Shown here: positions 6,449 through 15,635 of the stretch, in pieces
Numbering within the stretch: position 1 is the stretch's first letter
Layout of the letters: every line of letters starts with the position of its first letter
Virus record (IMG/VR): IMGVR_UViG_3300050343_000179
Location: 1-55,508 of that record
Source of the DNA: a virus
Lineage: Duplodnaviria > Caudoviricetes
DNA: 55,508 bases
Reading direction: 5' to 3' (one strand)
Position numbers and translations under genes: made by a program
Notes under the pieces: model-generated
Database searches by the model: none
What the model was told of the DNA's origin: nothing
What the model saw: the letters and a program-made list of their open reading frames with translations, nothing else

Positions 6449-6696
6449 GCGGGTCGCTGAGATCCCTTGCGGCGCAGTAACTGTATGCAAACGGGTCGGT
6501 CGTTGACCCGGCCAAATCCCTTGGTATGACTGGGATGGGTCAATAATAATAAATGTATCACTAAATATATATATATATATATATATATACTCTTACTTAC
6601 ACACACATACTTACTCGTGTGGCATAAAAAATGACCCAACCGACCCGCCCTTGCGCCGCAACGGATCTCGCGGGTCAGGGTGTGGGTCGTGGGTCA
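6449..6696. other. putative replication origin
   Basis: AT-rich core with (AT)12 at 6565-6589, nested inverted arms and ~9 GGGTC/GACCC pentamers, just downstream of the primase-helicase. Confidence 0.55.
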
Positions 6697-6831
6697 GAGT
6701 GCCTTTGAGTGCAGGCTTTTCATTGGTGGACGAACGCTAGCGGAGTTCCGCACCCTCTTGTCCAAGGAAGGGGGCCAGTCACTAGCTATCAAACAATACG
6801 CAGTCTTCAGCAGTATGTCGAGAATGTTTAG

Positions 6832-9492
6832 CTAATCCGTGTCGATTATTGCCGTTAGTGGAATCACTGTAGCTCGTGATTGCTTACTTCCGCAGAATCT
6901 CACCATCGCCGGAGACTTGGTAGCGCCCAAAACCCGCTTCAGTGCTTGCTTATGAGCCCCTCCAGACCATGCCGTTTCATCCAAAAGCCGCTCCAAATTC
7001 GTATTTGAGTTCGCAATCATCATCGAGCCGGACATAAGTCTGATTCCATATCTGCCTAACACTTTTTCGCAAGTTTCATCCGAACCTTCAATTGTTCCCA
7101 TTTTGGGACCGCAAAGACTCTCAACGAGATTCATGATCGTGAACCTTCTGCCGCCCTCCACGGTGATCATTGATTCAAGGATCCGCGCAAGGCATTGATC
7201 TTCATCAGCGTCACGTTCATCGCGCCGCTGTGATGTCCAGTCAATGCCAGCGCAAAACTCAGCAGCCTCTACATCAGACAGCTCACGATCACTGCCTGGG
7301 AGCAAGCTGAACGCACCTGCCAAGAGTGTGCCGTGCTGATCACCAAAACGCTGGCCGTGCTCGACAGCTAGGGCTGCTGCAAACTTCCGCGCATTGGCCC
7401 TAATAGTCGGCACCCGCGCCAGTGTTCGTGCCACCAGGCTGCGACCTGTTTCGGGAGTACAGAGCTGGGCGATCTGTGCCTCAAGCGGAAGCCAGTCCCC
7501 CTCGCCCTTCTGCAAGGTAAGGACACAGAATCGATCACGATCAGCGCCTTGAACAAGGGAAGCGTTGATTGATGAAACGCAGAACATGCTGCGGATTTCG
7601 TATTGATTAGCTGCACCACCACCAGCCGAGCCTTTGATGATTTTGCCGCCTTCAGATGATGCGATCCTTGCCATTGCCAGAACGTTGTCACGATTTTGTT
7701 TCTCGCGGGAGTCGTTCTGCTCAAATTCATCGAACAGAACAGGAATTGCATCAGACCGGAGTGCAGCGCGAAGGCCGGGTTCAGTGGTGCCACCTGTGGC
7801 TGATTGATAAATGCCGCCTAGTAAAGGCTTAAGGAAACGACTGAGGATTGTTGTCTTACCCGTGCCCTTGCCTCCGGTGACCCAGATATGTGAGCGCCAC
7901 TCAAGTGCGCCACAGATAGGAGCAAGAGCAACCCAGCCAGCAAGCAGGAACGCATAGGAAGGTGATTCCCAGGAGAAAGATTTTGCAAGGTTAAAAAGCT
8001 GAACAGAAACATCGTCTTCTAACGGGATTTCACTAGGCCCATCAAGGGGTTTGGCGTGTTCGTAAAAGTAGTAGCTCGATATTCCGTCTGATACTTTTTG
8101 CTCGCGATTATCAACTATCATTCTCATGCCAAGGTGAAAGATAACGCGATTAGCATCCACCCAAGCACCCCGGCCTCTAATACGATCAGGATCAAATACA
8201 CCTTTCTTGTGTGATTCTTGCATTAGCCATTCGGTAGCAAGATCCCAGTCAAGTTTGTCGTTTACTGTGAAGTTACGTTGCCAGAACTCTAAGGAGCTGG
8301 TTAGTGAGATTAGGTGCAGTTTGGTGTGTGAAGATATTGTCAGTTCAATTGCTTGTGAGCTTGCTCTAGGCATGTAGTAATGCTTGCCATGTTCATAACC
8401 AAGGAACTGAAAAGGTATTACTGCATGATGTTCTTCTGGTGCTTCGTTTGGCTCTTCGGCATCAACATTTTGGGGTAATTCCCAGCCGTTTGCTATTGCA
8501 GTGTTGATTAGTTTGCTGATTGACGCCCTGATTGGCGCATCACCAATTGAGAGAATTTTCTTGGCTGGCTCCCATGTGCCGGGTGATTGCCAGTCAGCTT
8601 CCAGAACGATGTCCTGTGCAAGGGACTGTCCGAAATGGTGGGTTAGGGCTGCGAGGCAGGCAAAGCATGTGGGGTATGTTCCTTGACCTGCTTCAGTGCG
8701 GAGCGGGATGTAATCACGGAGGATTTCGACAGCAAGTGTGCGCTGCTCTGCGGGTGGGAGTTTAGAAAACCAGTGGTGAGACGGTTCTGCTGGGCGGGTG
8801 CCACGTTGAAAAATCGTTGGAGCAGCAGCGCCGATCTCGTCTGGGGTGAATGTTTCAGTTCTGGTCGAGGCGATAACCGTGCGTTCGCCAGTGCTGGGGT
8901 GGATGCCACCGGGCAGGCGCATGACACGGGATGCGTTGGAGATGGCCTTGTCTGGCTTGGAGTCAGGCGCAACGATCTCGATTGCGGTTGCGATCCGGCG
9001 CTGTAGGTCAGAGAAATCTTGAATGTCAGGCTCTTGGCCTGGGGTGAAAAGCCAGTAATGGTGCAGGGATTTGCCGCCGGTCCAGACCGAGACTGTTGGC
9101 TCCGGGAGGCCAGCCATTGCAGGCAGTGCTGCTTGAGCTTCGCGGTCGAGATTGCCGTCGCACTCTGCAAAGCAGGCGATTGCGTGCTCGATGTGGGCAT
9201 TGGATGCGCCCCAGGCTTTGATCTCACCAGCCCGGTTGATGTGCTCCGGCTTGGTCCCCCATACGGCAGGCTGGTCTGAGGGTGGATTGACGACGAAGCC
9301 AAGGCTGCTGCCTGAGTTACGAGCGAGGATGCGTTCGATTTTGTTGCGCGGTATGTCCTCGGCGTCGGCCTTGATGTGGATGCAAGGCCGCGACGGATCC
9401 GAGGGATAAACAGCGAAAACTATGGGGCCGGTGCTGCGACCGATGGCTTCAAGGAAGTCTTCGGTGATTGACCAGTCGATAAGGGATTTCAT
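6832..9492 (-). CDS. primase-helicase (RepB-like primase, PriCT-2-like linker, P-loop helicase)
   Basis: FAECD, TGGKSLHHYW and SRVMRLPG primase motifs; Walker A GGKGTGKT and Walker B VLFDEFE. Confidence 0.88.
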   Translation of the reverse strand: MKSLIDWSITEDFLEAIGRSTGPIVFAVYPSDPSRPCIHIKADAEDIPRNKIERILARNSGSSLGFVVNPPSDQPAVWGTKPEHINRAGEIKAWGASNAHIEHAIACFAECDGNLDREAQAALPAMAGLPEPTVSVWTGGKSLHHYWLFTPGQEPDIQDFSDLQRRIATAIEIVAPDSKPDKAISNASRVMRLPGGIHPSTGERTVIASTRTETFTPDEIGAAAPTIFQRGTRPAEPSHHWFSKLPPAEQRTLAVEILRDYIPLRTEAGQGTYPTCFACLAALTHHFGQSLAQDIVLEADWQSPGTWEPAKKILSIGDAPIRASISKLINTAIANGWELPQNVDAEEPNEAPEEHHAVIPFQFLGYEHGKHYYMPRASSQAIELTISSHTKLHLISLTSSLEFWQRNFTVNDKLDWDLATEWLMQESHKKGVFDPDRIRGRGAWVDANRVIFHLGMRMIVDNREQKVSDGISSYYFYEHAKPLDGPSEIPLEDDVSVQLFNLAKSFSWESPSYAFLLAGWVALAPICGALEWRSHIWVTGGKGTGKTTILSRFLKPLLGGIYQSATGGTTEPGLRAALRSDAIPVLFDEFEQNDSREKQNRDNVLAMARIASSEGGKIIKGSAGGGAANQYEIRSMFCVSSINASLVQGADRDRFCVLTLQKGEGDWLPLEAQIAQLCTPETGRSLVARTLARVPTIRANARKFAAALAVEHGQRFGDQHGTLLAGAFSLLPGSDRELSDVEAAEFCAGIDWTSQRRDERDADEDQCLARILESMITVEGGRRFTIMNLVESLCGPKMGTIEGSDETCEKVLGRYGIRLMSGSMMIANSNTNLERLLDETAWSGGAHKQALKRVLGATKSPAMVRFCGSKQSRATVIPLTAIIDTD

Positions 9493-9592
9493 AAATCGCC
9501 ACAGTGGCGTTGCTATTAGAGCAGGTTTAGAGAGTAGCGCAACTATATGCGCTGTTATTTGCTACAGCATGTGTACACAGGTCGAGGCAGGG

Positions 9593-9621
9593 TTGCGTTT
9601 TTGAGTCGAAGAGCGTATGCT
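9593..9621 (+). promoter_or_regulatory. sigma70-type promoter for the plus-strand operon
   Basis: TTGCGT-17 nt-TATGCT in the divergent intergenic gap. Confidence 0.5.
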
Positions 9622-9686
9622 TTCGCAGAGCCGTATTTCCCTAAGCTCTGCAACTGTTATGGCGTCACGCTCCATGCTGCGTTTGT

Positions 9687-10019
9687 ATGCAACCACCTAA
9701 ATTAAACAAAATTCTCGCTTTAACGCAAAGCTCAAACGAAAACGAGTCGGATGCTGCTTGCAGAATGCTTTGCAAAGCTCTTGTCTCGATGGGCTACAAC
9801 TTTTCTGAAACTAAAGATTCGCATGAGCCGGTGGACCCTTACGCTTATGACTGGCCTGACCCGCCTAAAGAGCCTGCCCGTGATTTTAAAAAAATAACCA
9901 ATAAGTACGAGACTTATTGCAAGTGCTGCAAGAAATATATACCTGTAGGTACGAGAGTCTTCTGGATTCCTGGCGAAGGAGTTATACATATTGAATGTAG
10001 AGAGGCTTTTGATCGATGA
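9687..10019 (+). CDS. hypothetical protein, DUF2786-like N-terminus plus Cys/His C-terminus
   Basis: KLNKILALTQSSNENESDAA; CKCC...HIEC. Confidence 0.6.
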   Translation: MQPPKLNKILALTQSSNENESDAACRMLCKALVSMGYNFSETKDSHEPVDPYAYDWPDPPKEPARDFKKITNKYETYCKCCKKYIPVGTRVFWIPGEGVIHIECREAFDR

Positions 10020-11422
10020 CCTTTCTCCGCCCCCGCCAAGTCCAGGCGATTAATGACATCAGGGTTGCGTACCGGTCTGGGTATCGGGCTCCGATTCTGT
10101 GTGCTGCTACTGGCTTCGGCAAGACCCATACCAGTGCTGCGATTATCCAGTCTGCGCTTGATAAGGGCAAGACTGTTTGGTTCCTTGCCCACCTTCGTGA
10201 AATTTTAAACGACACATCTAGCCGCCTCAAACAGGCTGGCATCTCGTTTGGAGAGATCGCTGCTGGAAAGCCATTGGAGTATTACAAGCGAGTTCAACTT
10301 GTGAGTGTTCAAACAGCAGTCCGCAGGACAGATTTACCTCAACCGGATCTTGTTATTGTTGACGAATGTCATTTAGCAGCAGCTAAAACATACAAGGTCG
10401 TTCTTGGCCGCGCTGGCAATCCGGCACTTCTTGGGCTTACCGGCACCCCATGCCGGTTGGACGGCAAAGGGCTTGACGAAATGTTCGACACGATTGTTCC
10501 TACTTGCTCTACTGATGATTTGATTGACGAAGGGTTATTAGCACCAATTGTATATTTTGCACCTGAACGCCCAGACCTAAGCAAAGTTAAAACATTTGCA
10601 GGCGACTACAAGGTAAATGAGTTGGCCCATGTGATGGACAACCCAGACCTGACTGGCCGTGCGGTTGAACAGTATATGTTGCACTGTGACGGGGCAAAAG
10701 CTGTTGTGTTCTGCACGGGGATTGATCACGCCGAGAATGTAGCCGAAACATTTCGTTTGGCTGGTTACAAGGCTGTTGCAATTTCTGGCGAAACAAAACC
10801 TCCTGAAAGGGAAGCTGCATTAACAGGACTTAGGAATGGAGATTTGCAAGTCGTTTGCAACGCAAAGCTTTGGTCGGCAGGGGTCGACATACCTCAACTG
10901 GAGTGCATTATTCTTCTAAGGCCGACCAAAAGTTTAACTTTTTACTTGCAAGCAATTGGCAGGGGACTGCGAACTTCTCCAGGTAAAAATAATTTAGTTG
11001 TTCTTGACCACTCTGGATCTATTTTTCAGTTCGGCCCTCCTGGGATGGCTAGAAAATGGAGCCTAAGAGGTCGTGACAAGCGTGAACAGGCAGGTCCTGT
11101 CAAGCAATGCCCTGCCTGTTTTTGTTGCCATAAGCCTGCCCCTCAATGCCCAGAATGCGGTTTTATCTACCCCGTTGATGACAAGAAAGACTTAAACCAG
11201 AGCGATGATGATCTTGTTGAGCTTACGTCTGACGAAATGCTGGCAATGGAACGTCGTATCAATGCAAAAAAGTCTAAAGAAGAAAGCCTTCGCCGCCAAA
11301 AGGAAGTTGGTCAAGCTAGGACTTTAGATGCTCTCGTCCTATTAGGCATAAGTAGAGGTTACAGATTTCCAGTACAATGGGCGCGAAAGATTTTAAATTC
11401 TCGTGCAATCAAGCGAAAGTAA
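10016..11422 (+). CDS. superfamily II DNA helicase with C-terminal Zn finger
   Basis: ATGFGKT, DECH, LTGTP, QAIGRGLR and CPAC...CPECG. Confidence 0.95.
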   Translation: MTFLRPRQVQAINDIRVAYRSGYRAPILCAATGFGKTHTSAAIIQSALDKGKTVWFLAHLREILNDTSSRLKQAGISFGEIAAGKPLEYYKRVQLVSVQTAVRRTDLPQPDLVIVDECHLAAAKTYKVVLGRAGNPALLGLTGTPCRLDGKGLDEMFDTIVPTCSTDDLIDEGLLAPIVYFAPERPDLSKVKTFAGDYKVNELAHVMDNPDLTGRAVEQYMLHCDGAKAVVFCTGIDHAENVAETFRLAGYKAVAISGETKPPEREAALTGLRNGDLQVVCNAKLWSAGVDIPQLECIILLRPTKSLTFYLQAIGRGLRTSPGKNNLVVLDHSGSIFQFGPPGMARKWSLRGRDKREQAGPVKQCPACFCCHKPAPQCPECGFIYPVDDKKDLNQSDDDLVELTSDEMLAMERRINAKKSKEESLRRQKEVGQARTLDALVLLGISRGYRFPVQWARKILNSRAIKRK

Positions 11423-11756
11423 GATCCAGCAAGAGATCAGACTGGCGTGTAGTCGCGGCTCGACAAGGCTGTGGAGAAATAACAGCGGCAGTTTGCCTAA
11501 CCCTAAAACCGGTACTTATGTGCAGTTTGGCGTCGGTAGTCCCGGCGGAAGTGACCTGATTGGCTACCGGAAGGTGACGATTACGCCAGAAATGGTGGGC
11601 ACTGAAATCGCAGTATTTGCTGCTGTGGAGGTAAAGGCCGCCAAGGGGCGTGCGACTGAACAGCAGAAGGCTTTTATTGAGCACATCCGAAACGCAGGCG
11701 GTCTTGCAGGGGTGGCTAGATCAGTTGACGAAGCGAAATCTATACTGTTAAACTAA
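11403..11756 (+). CDS. VRR-NUC domain nuclease
   Basis: SESKIQ, GSDLIG, AVEVK, TEQQ..F and GGLAGVARSV. Confidence 0.92.
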   Translation: MQSSESKIQQEIRLACSRGSTRLWRNNSGSLPNPKTGTYVQFGVGSPGGSDLIGYRKVTITPEMVGTEIAVFAAVEVKAAKGRATEQQKAFIEHIRNAGGLAGVARSVDEAKSILLN

Positions 11757-11827
11757 TGAACGATACAATTGCCCTTGCGCTTTTCTCTGGCTTTTGTATT
11801 GGCCTTATAGCCTCTAACCTTTTATGA
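11756..11827 (+). CDS. 23-aa hydrophobic peptide (not in ORF track)
   Basis: MNDTIALALFSGFCIGLIASNLL; coupled on both sides (TAATG, ATGA). Confidence 0.5.
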   Translation: MNDTIALALFSGFCIGLIASNLL

Positions 11828-11925
11828 CACCCGCATTCATTCAGTATTTAAAAAATCAGTACGCCAAGGCTATGCGAATCGCAAAGCAAAAAGCTAAGGC
11901 AAAAGAATCGAAATCAGAGGATTGA
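11824..11925 (+). CDS. 33-aa basic peptide (not in ORF track)
   Basis: MTPAFIQYLKNQYAKAMRIAKQKAKAKESKSED; coupled on both sides (ATGA, TGATG). Confidence 0.5.
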   Translation: MTPAFIQYLKNQYAKAMRIAKQKAKAKESKSED

Positions 11926-12107
11926 TGAACAGTCTTTATTTTTGCGTGGCCTGTGAGTCTCCAGGTCAGGACCGGCAGTATGTCGAGGTACTGGCCCGGT
12001 CTGAGGAGCAGGCAATACACAAGGCATCTCGTATTCATCGCAACCGGAAGAGCTATCGGCTATTGGTTCCTGAATCAGTTGTCAGGTTTCAGGAGCGCAG
12101 CTTTTGA
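11925..12107 (+). CDS. hypothetical protein
   Basis: TGATG-coupled ATG at 11925. Confidence 0.6.
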   Translation: MNSLYFCVACESPGQDRQYVEVLARSEEQAIHKASRIHRNRKSYRLLVPESVVRFQERSF

Positions 12108-12355
12108 TCTGCCCGAATTGCGGTGCCTCTGGGAGGGGCACTAAAAAGGTTCTCAGTACCCGGCATTCACATGGCGGCACTGTCACTCGTCAGATCAAAT
12201 GTAGATCGTGCAATTATTTGTATTTTACGTCTGAGTTTGTCATTGACCGGATGTTGGTGAACTGTCGTGGTGGCCATTATCATGCCAGCTCGACGATGAT
12301 TGATGCAGTGTCTGCAACTCTTAGGGAGCATGGACTGGAGCAGGATGATGCGTGA
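12104..12355 (+). CDS. NrdR-like zinc-ribbon protein
   Basis: CPNCG...KVLSTR...TRQIKCRSC..FTSE; no ATP cone. Confidence 0.75.
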   Translation: MICPNCGASGRGTKKVLSTRHSHGGTVTRQIKCRSCNYLYFTSEFVIDRMLVNCRGGHYHASSTMIDAVSATLREHGLEQDDA

Positions 12356-12542
12356 TGCTGGTATTGCCGATTCGCCTGGTAGAGCTGAAGCGTGCAAGAT
12401 GCAGCGATTTGAGGCAACCTTTCGCGAAAAAAGCGGATGGGAGCACGTTGAAATTATTGATGCAATGAGCTATCACGGTGCATTGAAGAAACTTAAGGGT
12501 AGGTCCAAGACACTATTCTCTTTGTGCGTAATTAATGACTAA
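12300..12542 (+). CDS. hypothetical protein (start probably the ATG of MDWSR)
   Basis: In-operon ORF containing MDWSRMMRDAGIADSPGR. Confidence 0.6.
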   Translation: MMQCLQLLGSMDWSRMMRDAGIADSPGRAEACKMQRFEATFREKSGWEHVEIIDAMSYHGALKKLKGRSKTLFSLCVIND

Positions 12543-12616
12543 TGCTGAGGCAAAGCGTCTGATTGCTGAATCAGACAAACGATTACTTGAAATTTATCAC
12601 TGGAGACTGAATCCTC

Positions 12617-13300
12617 ATGAGCATGAAACTATTGATCATCGATACGGAAACGACTGGCTTAAGTCCAGCCGACAGCACCGTGATCGAACTGGGAGCTGTC
12701 CTGTTTGATGTTGAGCTGCGATCTGTTATTTGTCAGGTCTCGTTTCTGCTGCCGACACTGACAAACGAGGCCGAGTTCGTGAATCGGATTCAGCCTGCGT
12801 TGACCATGAAAGCGCCTGATCTGACGAGCCCAATGGCGGCGTCATTTTGGGCGATGGTTGCTGAGGCTGACTATGCCATCGCACATAACTCTGCATTCGA
12901 CCGGCAGTGGTTCGGTGGTTCCGGCTGCTTGCCTTCGATGCCGCTGCCATGGATCTGTTCAATGGACGAAATCTCATGGCCGCTGAATAGCAAGCGGGGT
13001 CGCAGCTCTGTGATGTCGCTGTGCGTCGATTACGGCGTTCCCGTTTGGCAGGCCCACCGTGCTCTCACTGACTGCATCTATCTGGCTGAGGTCATGAAAC
13101 GCGAGCCTCAGCTAGAACATCTGATCGAGAATGCCTTGCTGCCGAGGCATGTCTACGTCAGCAATCTTGGCTACGAGCAGCGCCAGCACTGCAAAGACGC
13201 TGGGTTCACTTGGAACAATCTGGTTCCGAAGATGTGGGCCAAAAAAATGACAGAGCATGAAGCTGCGGCACTAGATTTCTCTGTCTCTATTGCCGATTAG
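12617..13300 (+). CDS. DEDDh 3'-5' exonuclease (DnaQ-like)
   Basis: IDTETTG, AHNSAFD and HRALTD motifs. Confidence 0.93.
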   Translation: MSMKLLIIDTETTGLSPADSTVIELGAVLFDVELRSVICQVSFLLPTLTNEAEFVNRIQPALTMKAPDLTSPMAASFWAMVAEADYAIAHNSAFDRQWFGGSGCLPSMPLPWICSMDEISWPLNSKRGRSSVMSLCVDYGVPVWQAHRALTDCIYLAEVMKREPQLEHLIENALLPRHVYVSNLGYEQRQHCKDAGFTWNNLVPKMWAKKMTEHEAAALDFSVSIAD

Positions 13301-13347
13301 TCGAAACAGTGATACCATTCGTCTTGCAAACATCGTTGCGTTTTTGA

Positions 13348-13542
13348 ATGACAAGCAAAGCTGTACCCGTAGCGGTCAAGGTGCGAGCCTTAGCTGCAAC
13401 CGCTCAAGACGGTAGTTGGTGCGTAATTGGTTATCCAGGCGTCACCGATGAAGCCCTTGTTGAAGACGCTCGACTTTTGGCTGGCGATGGTGAAATTCGT
13501 CAGCACTGGATTGAAATGGAACTTGAATTACCAAACCAATGA
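13348..13542 (+). CDS. hypothetical protein, 64 aa
   Basis: ATGA overlap with the next gene. Confidence 0.65.
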   Translation: MTSKAVPVAVKVRALAATAQDGSWCVIGYPGVTDEALVEDARLLAGDGEIRQHWIEMELELPNQ

Positions 13543-14369
13543 ATTACCACGATCATCCAGCTTTATCTGCCAGCAAGCTCAAGAAATTCGCTTGCGGCAC
13601 AGCAGTTGATTATTGGGCTGCCTACGAAGATCCAGACCGTATGCCAATGGTGCCCTCTGATGCGATGCGTCAGGGCAGCTTGGTTGACTGTTTGATCACA
13701 GAGCCTGAAAAGTTTAGCCGTAAATATGTTGTCGCTCCTAGAGCGGACCGTCGCACAAAAGCAGGCAAGGAAATCTGGGCAGAGGCCCAAGAACTTGCTC
13801 GCTCCAAGTGCGCGGACCTGATCACCGAGGAGTGGCACCACACTGCACAGCTGATCGTCAGCAAGCTCAAAAACGATCCAATCGCTTCTGAGTTCCTGCA
13901 GGGTTCAGGGCAGGTGCCTCATTTCTGGCACGACCCAGAGAACGATGTTGAGTGCCGTTACTTGCCTGACTTGGAGCAGCCAGAGGACGGTTTGCTTGTG
14001 GATCTGAAGAAAGCCCGGAGTGCGAACCCACGCGATTTTGCTAGGCAGTCATTTGCACTTGGGTACGATCTCCAGGTAAGTCACTACGCAGAGGGGTTTC
14101 GAGACCGCCACGGTACTTATCCAAAGCAAATTGTGCTGCTGGCTTACGAGTGGGCGTTCCCTTTCAACTACTCGGTAAATATCGTTAGCGACGAGCTGCT
14201 GGAGGTTGGTCGTCAACGCCGCAATGAGGCTATTGAAGGCATCAAAGCCTGTCGTGGCACGAATGAATGGCCGTCTTGGGGCATCAACACGATGGAAGCT
14301 CCGCGTTGGTATCAAGTCGAAGATCCAGCCAATGACACTGATGTTGCTGATTTGTTGGAGGGAGTCTGA
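13539..14369 (+). CDS. RecE/exonuclease VIII-like PD-(D/E)XK nuclease
   Basis: YH..PALSASKLK, DRRTKAGK, CRYLPD, VDLK and YDLQ..HY. Confidence 0.88.
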   Translation: MNYHDHPALSASKLKKFACGTAVDYWAAYEDPDRMPMVPSDAMRQGSLVDCLITEPEKFSRKYVVAPRADRRTKAGKEIWAEAQELARSKCADLITEEWHHTAQLIVSKLKNDPIASEFLQGSGQVPHFWHDPENDVECRYLPDLEQPEDGLLVDLKKARSANPRDFARQSFALGYDLQVSHYAEGFRDRHGTYPKQIVLLAYEWAFPFNYSVNIVSDELLEVGRQRRNEAIEGIKACRGTNEWPSWGINTMEAPRWYQVEDPANDTDVADLLEGV

Positions 14370-14926
14370 TGCAATTCGTAGGAGACCTGATGAACGAGCC
14401 TTGGCTAAAAGCTTTCATGTTCCCGGCATCTGGGCGCATGACACTGACCGTCAAAGGCGTTCGCAAAGCTGAGGTTGCGTTTGACGATCAAGAGCCAAAA
14501 CTCCAGACGATCATGTCGTTTCAGGAAATTAATTCTGAGCTGACCTTGGCCAAAATCAATGCCATTCCATTGATCAAGCTTTTGGGCAATGATGTTGCGT
14601 TATGGACTGGCAAGCGTGTGACTTTCTACGCGACTAATCAGGTCATGCCTCACCCGCTTCGCAAGGACGAACCTTGCATTCGCGTCTTTGGAAGTCCTGA
14701 AATTGACGAAGAGATCAGCTGCGAGTGGACACCGCCCAAGCGCCGCAAGATTGTGCAAAAGCTGCACCCTACAGGTATGTTCAAGCCTGCAGTAAAAAAG
14801 ATCGAGGAAGCTGACCCATCACAGCTTGATTCGATTCGTCAGCGCATTTCGGAGCTGAGAGCGTCCAATAATCTTTCGGAGGAGGAGTACAATCAGCTTA
14901 TTGCTAAAATCCAAACCATGAGTTAA
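14369..14926 (+). CDS. putative ssDNA-binding/recombination partner
   Basis: Coupled to the RecE-like gene; LTLAKIN...G.D...WTGKRVTFY pattern common in phage recombination modules. Confidence 0.5.
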   Translation: MQFVGDLMNEPWLKAFMFPASGRMTLTVKGVRKAEVAFDDQEPKLQTIMSFQEINSELTLAKINAIPLIKLLGNDVALWTGKRVTFYATNQVMPHPLRKDEPCIRVFGSPEIDEEISCEWTPPKRRKIVQKLHPTGMFKPAVKKIEEADPSQLDSIRQRISELRASNNLSEEEYNQLIAKIQTMS

Positions 14927-14953
14927 AGTATTTCTCGCAAGCCAAGACCGTTT

Positions 14954-15229
14954 ATGTCTTCTATCAAGGTTGTCAGTGCTGCTGATATTCCAGCACGCAC
15001 GAGCCGACACAGCAAAACAAGCCCATTGCGAGAAAAGATTGCTGCTCTAACGCCTGAAACCAGTCTTTTCGTTCTTTATTACTGCGAAGAGCTTGACGAG
15101 GGCTACAAGGCCAGCACCATCGCTCAGATCGCCGGTCGCATGACCAAGGAATCCAGTCAGTACAAGTATTCAGTTCAGTCCGAGTCAGCCAAAAACGGCT
15201 GCTACATCATCTGTAAAGCAAAATCATGA
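14954..15229 (+). CDS. hypothetical protein, 91 aa
   Basis: In-operon ORF with ATGA overlap. Confidence 0.7.
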   Translation: MSSIKVVSAADIPARTSRHSKTSPLREKIAALTPETSLFVLYYCEELDEGYKASTIAQIAGRMTKESSQYKYSVQSESAKNGCYIICKAKS

Positions 15230-15594
15230 CCGATTCATTTTCAGTAAACGGAGCCTTGTTCCCTCAGACCGCTGAGGACTTGAAAGCTCGGTTGAAAGAC
15301 AAGTTTAACCCTCAGACCCAGTACCCAAGCTGTGAGGGCGTCGTGAACATTCCTGCCACTGTGGCTTACCAGCTAGCTGAGTACATCATGCAAGGCAAGC
15401 CTCTTGGTGAGCGCAATGAAATTCCTCTTGCTATCAGCGGATGGAAGAGGCAATCATCAAGCGGTAAGACTTACATCAGCCTGAGTTTTAAGCCTCACTA
15501 CAAGTACGAGAAAAACGCTGAAGGTGTTGTTAATGACGCTGCCCAGTCTGTGGCCAAGGCCACTGACGGGAACGTTGTAGACGACTTTTTCTAA
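15226..15594 (+). CDS. single-stranded DNA-binding protein-like
   Basis: SGWKRQSSSGKTYISLSF and an acidic/aromatic tail DDFF. Confidence 0.7.
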   Translation: MTDSFSVNGALFPQTAEDLKARLKDKFNPQTQYPSCEGVVNIPATVAYQLAEYIMQGKPLGERNEIPLAISGWKRQSSSGKTYISLSFKPHYKYEKNAEGVVNDAAQSVAKATDGNVVDDFF

Positions 15595-15604
15595 ACCCTC
15601 TACC

Positions 15605-15632
15605 GGGGCAGAATCATCCTGCCCCTTATTTT
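15605..15632 (+). terminator. intrinsic terminator
   Basis: GGGGCAG-7 nt-CTGCCCC followed by TTATTTT. Confidence 0.7.
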
Positions 15633-15635
15633 AAA

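Noticed and set aside
6442-6639. 65-aa ORF containing IYIYIY
   Set aside because: It is a translation of the (AT)n tract inside the putative origin.
7368-9604. Alternative-frame and antisense ORFs in the primase-helicase, including 8643-9302 (219 aa)
   Set aside because: Shadow ORFs of a GC-rich gene with Ser/Pro-rich composition and no motifs.
12535-12708. 57-aa ORF MTNAEAKRL...
   Set aside because: It may fill the gap but overlaps the exonuclease by ~90 nt; support is too weak to call.
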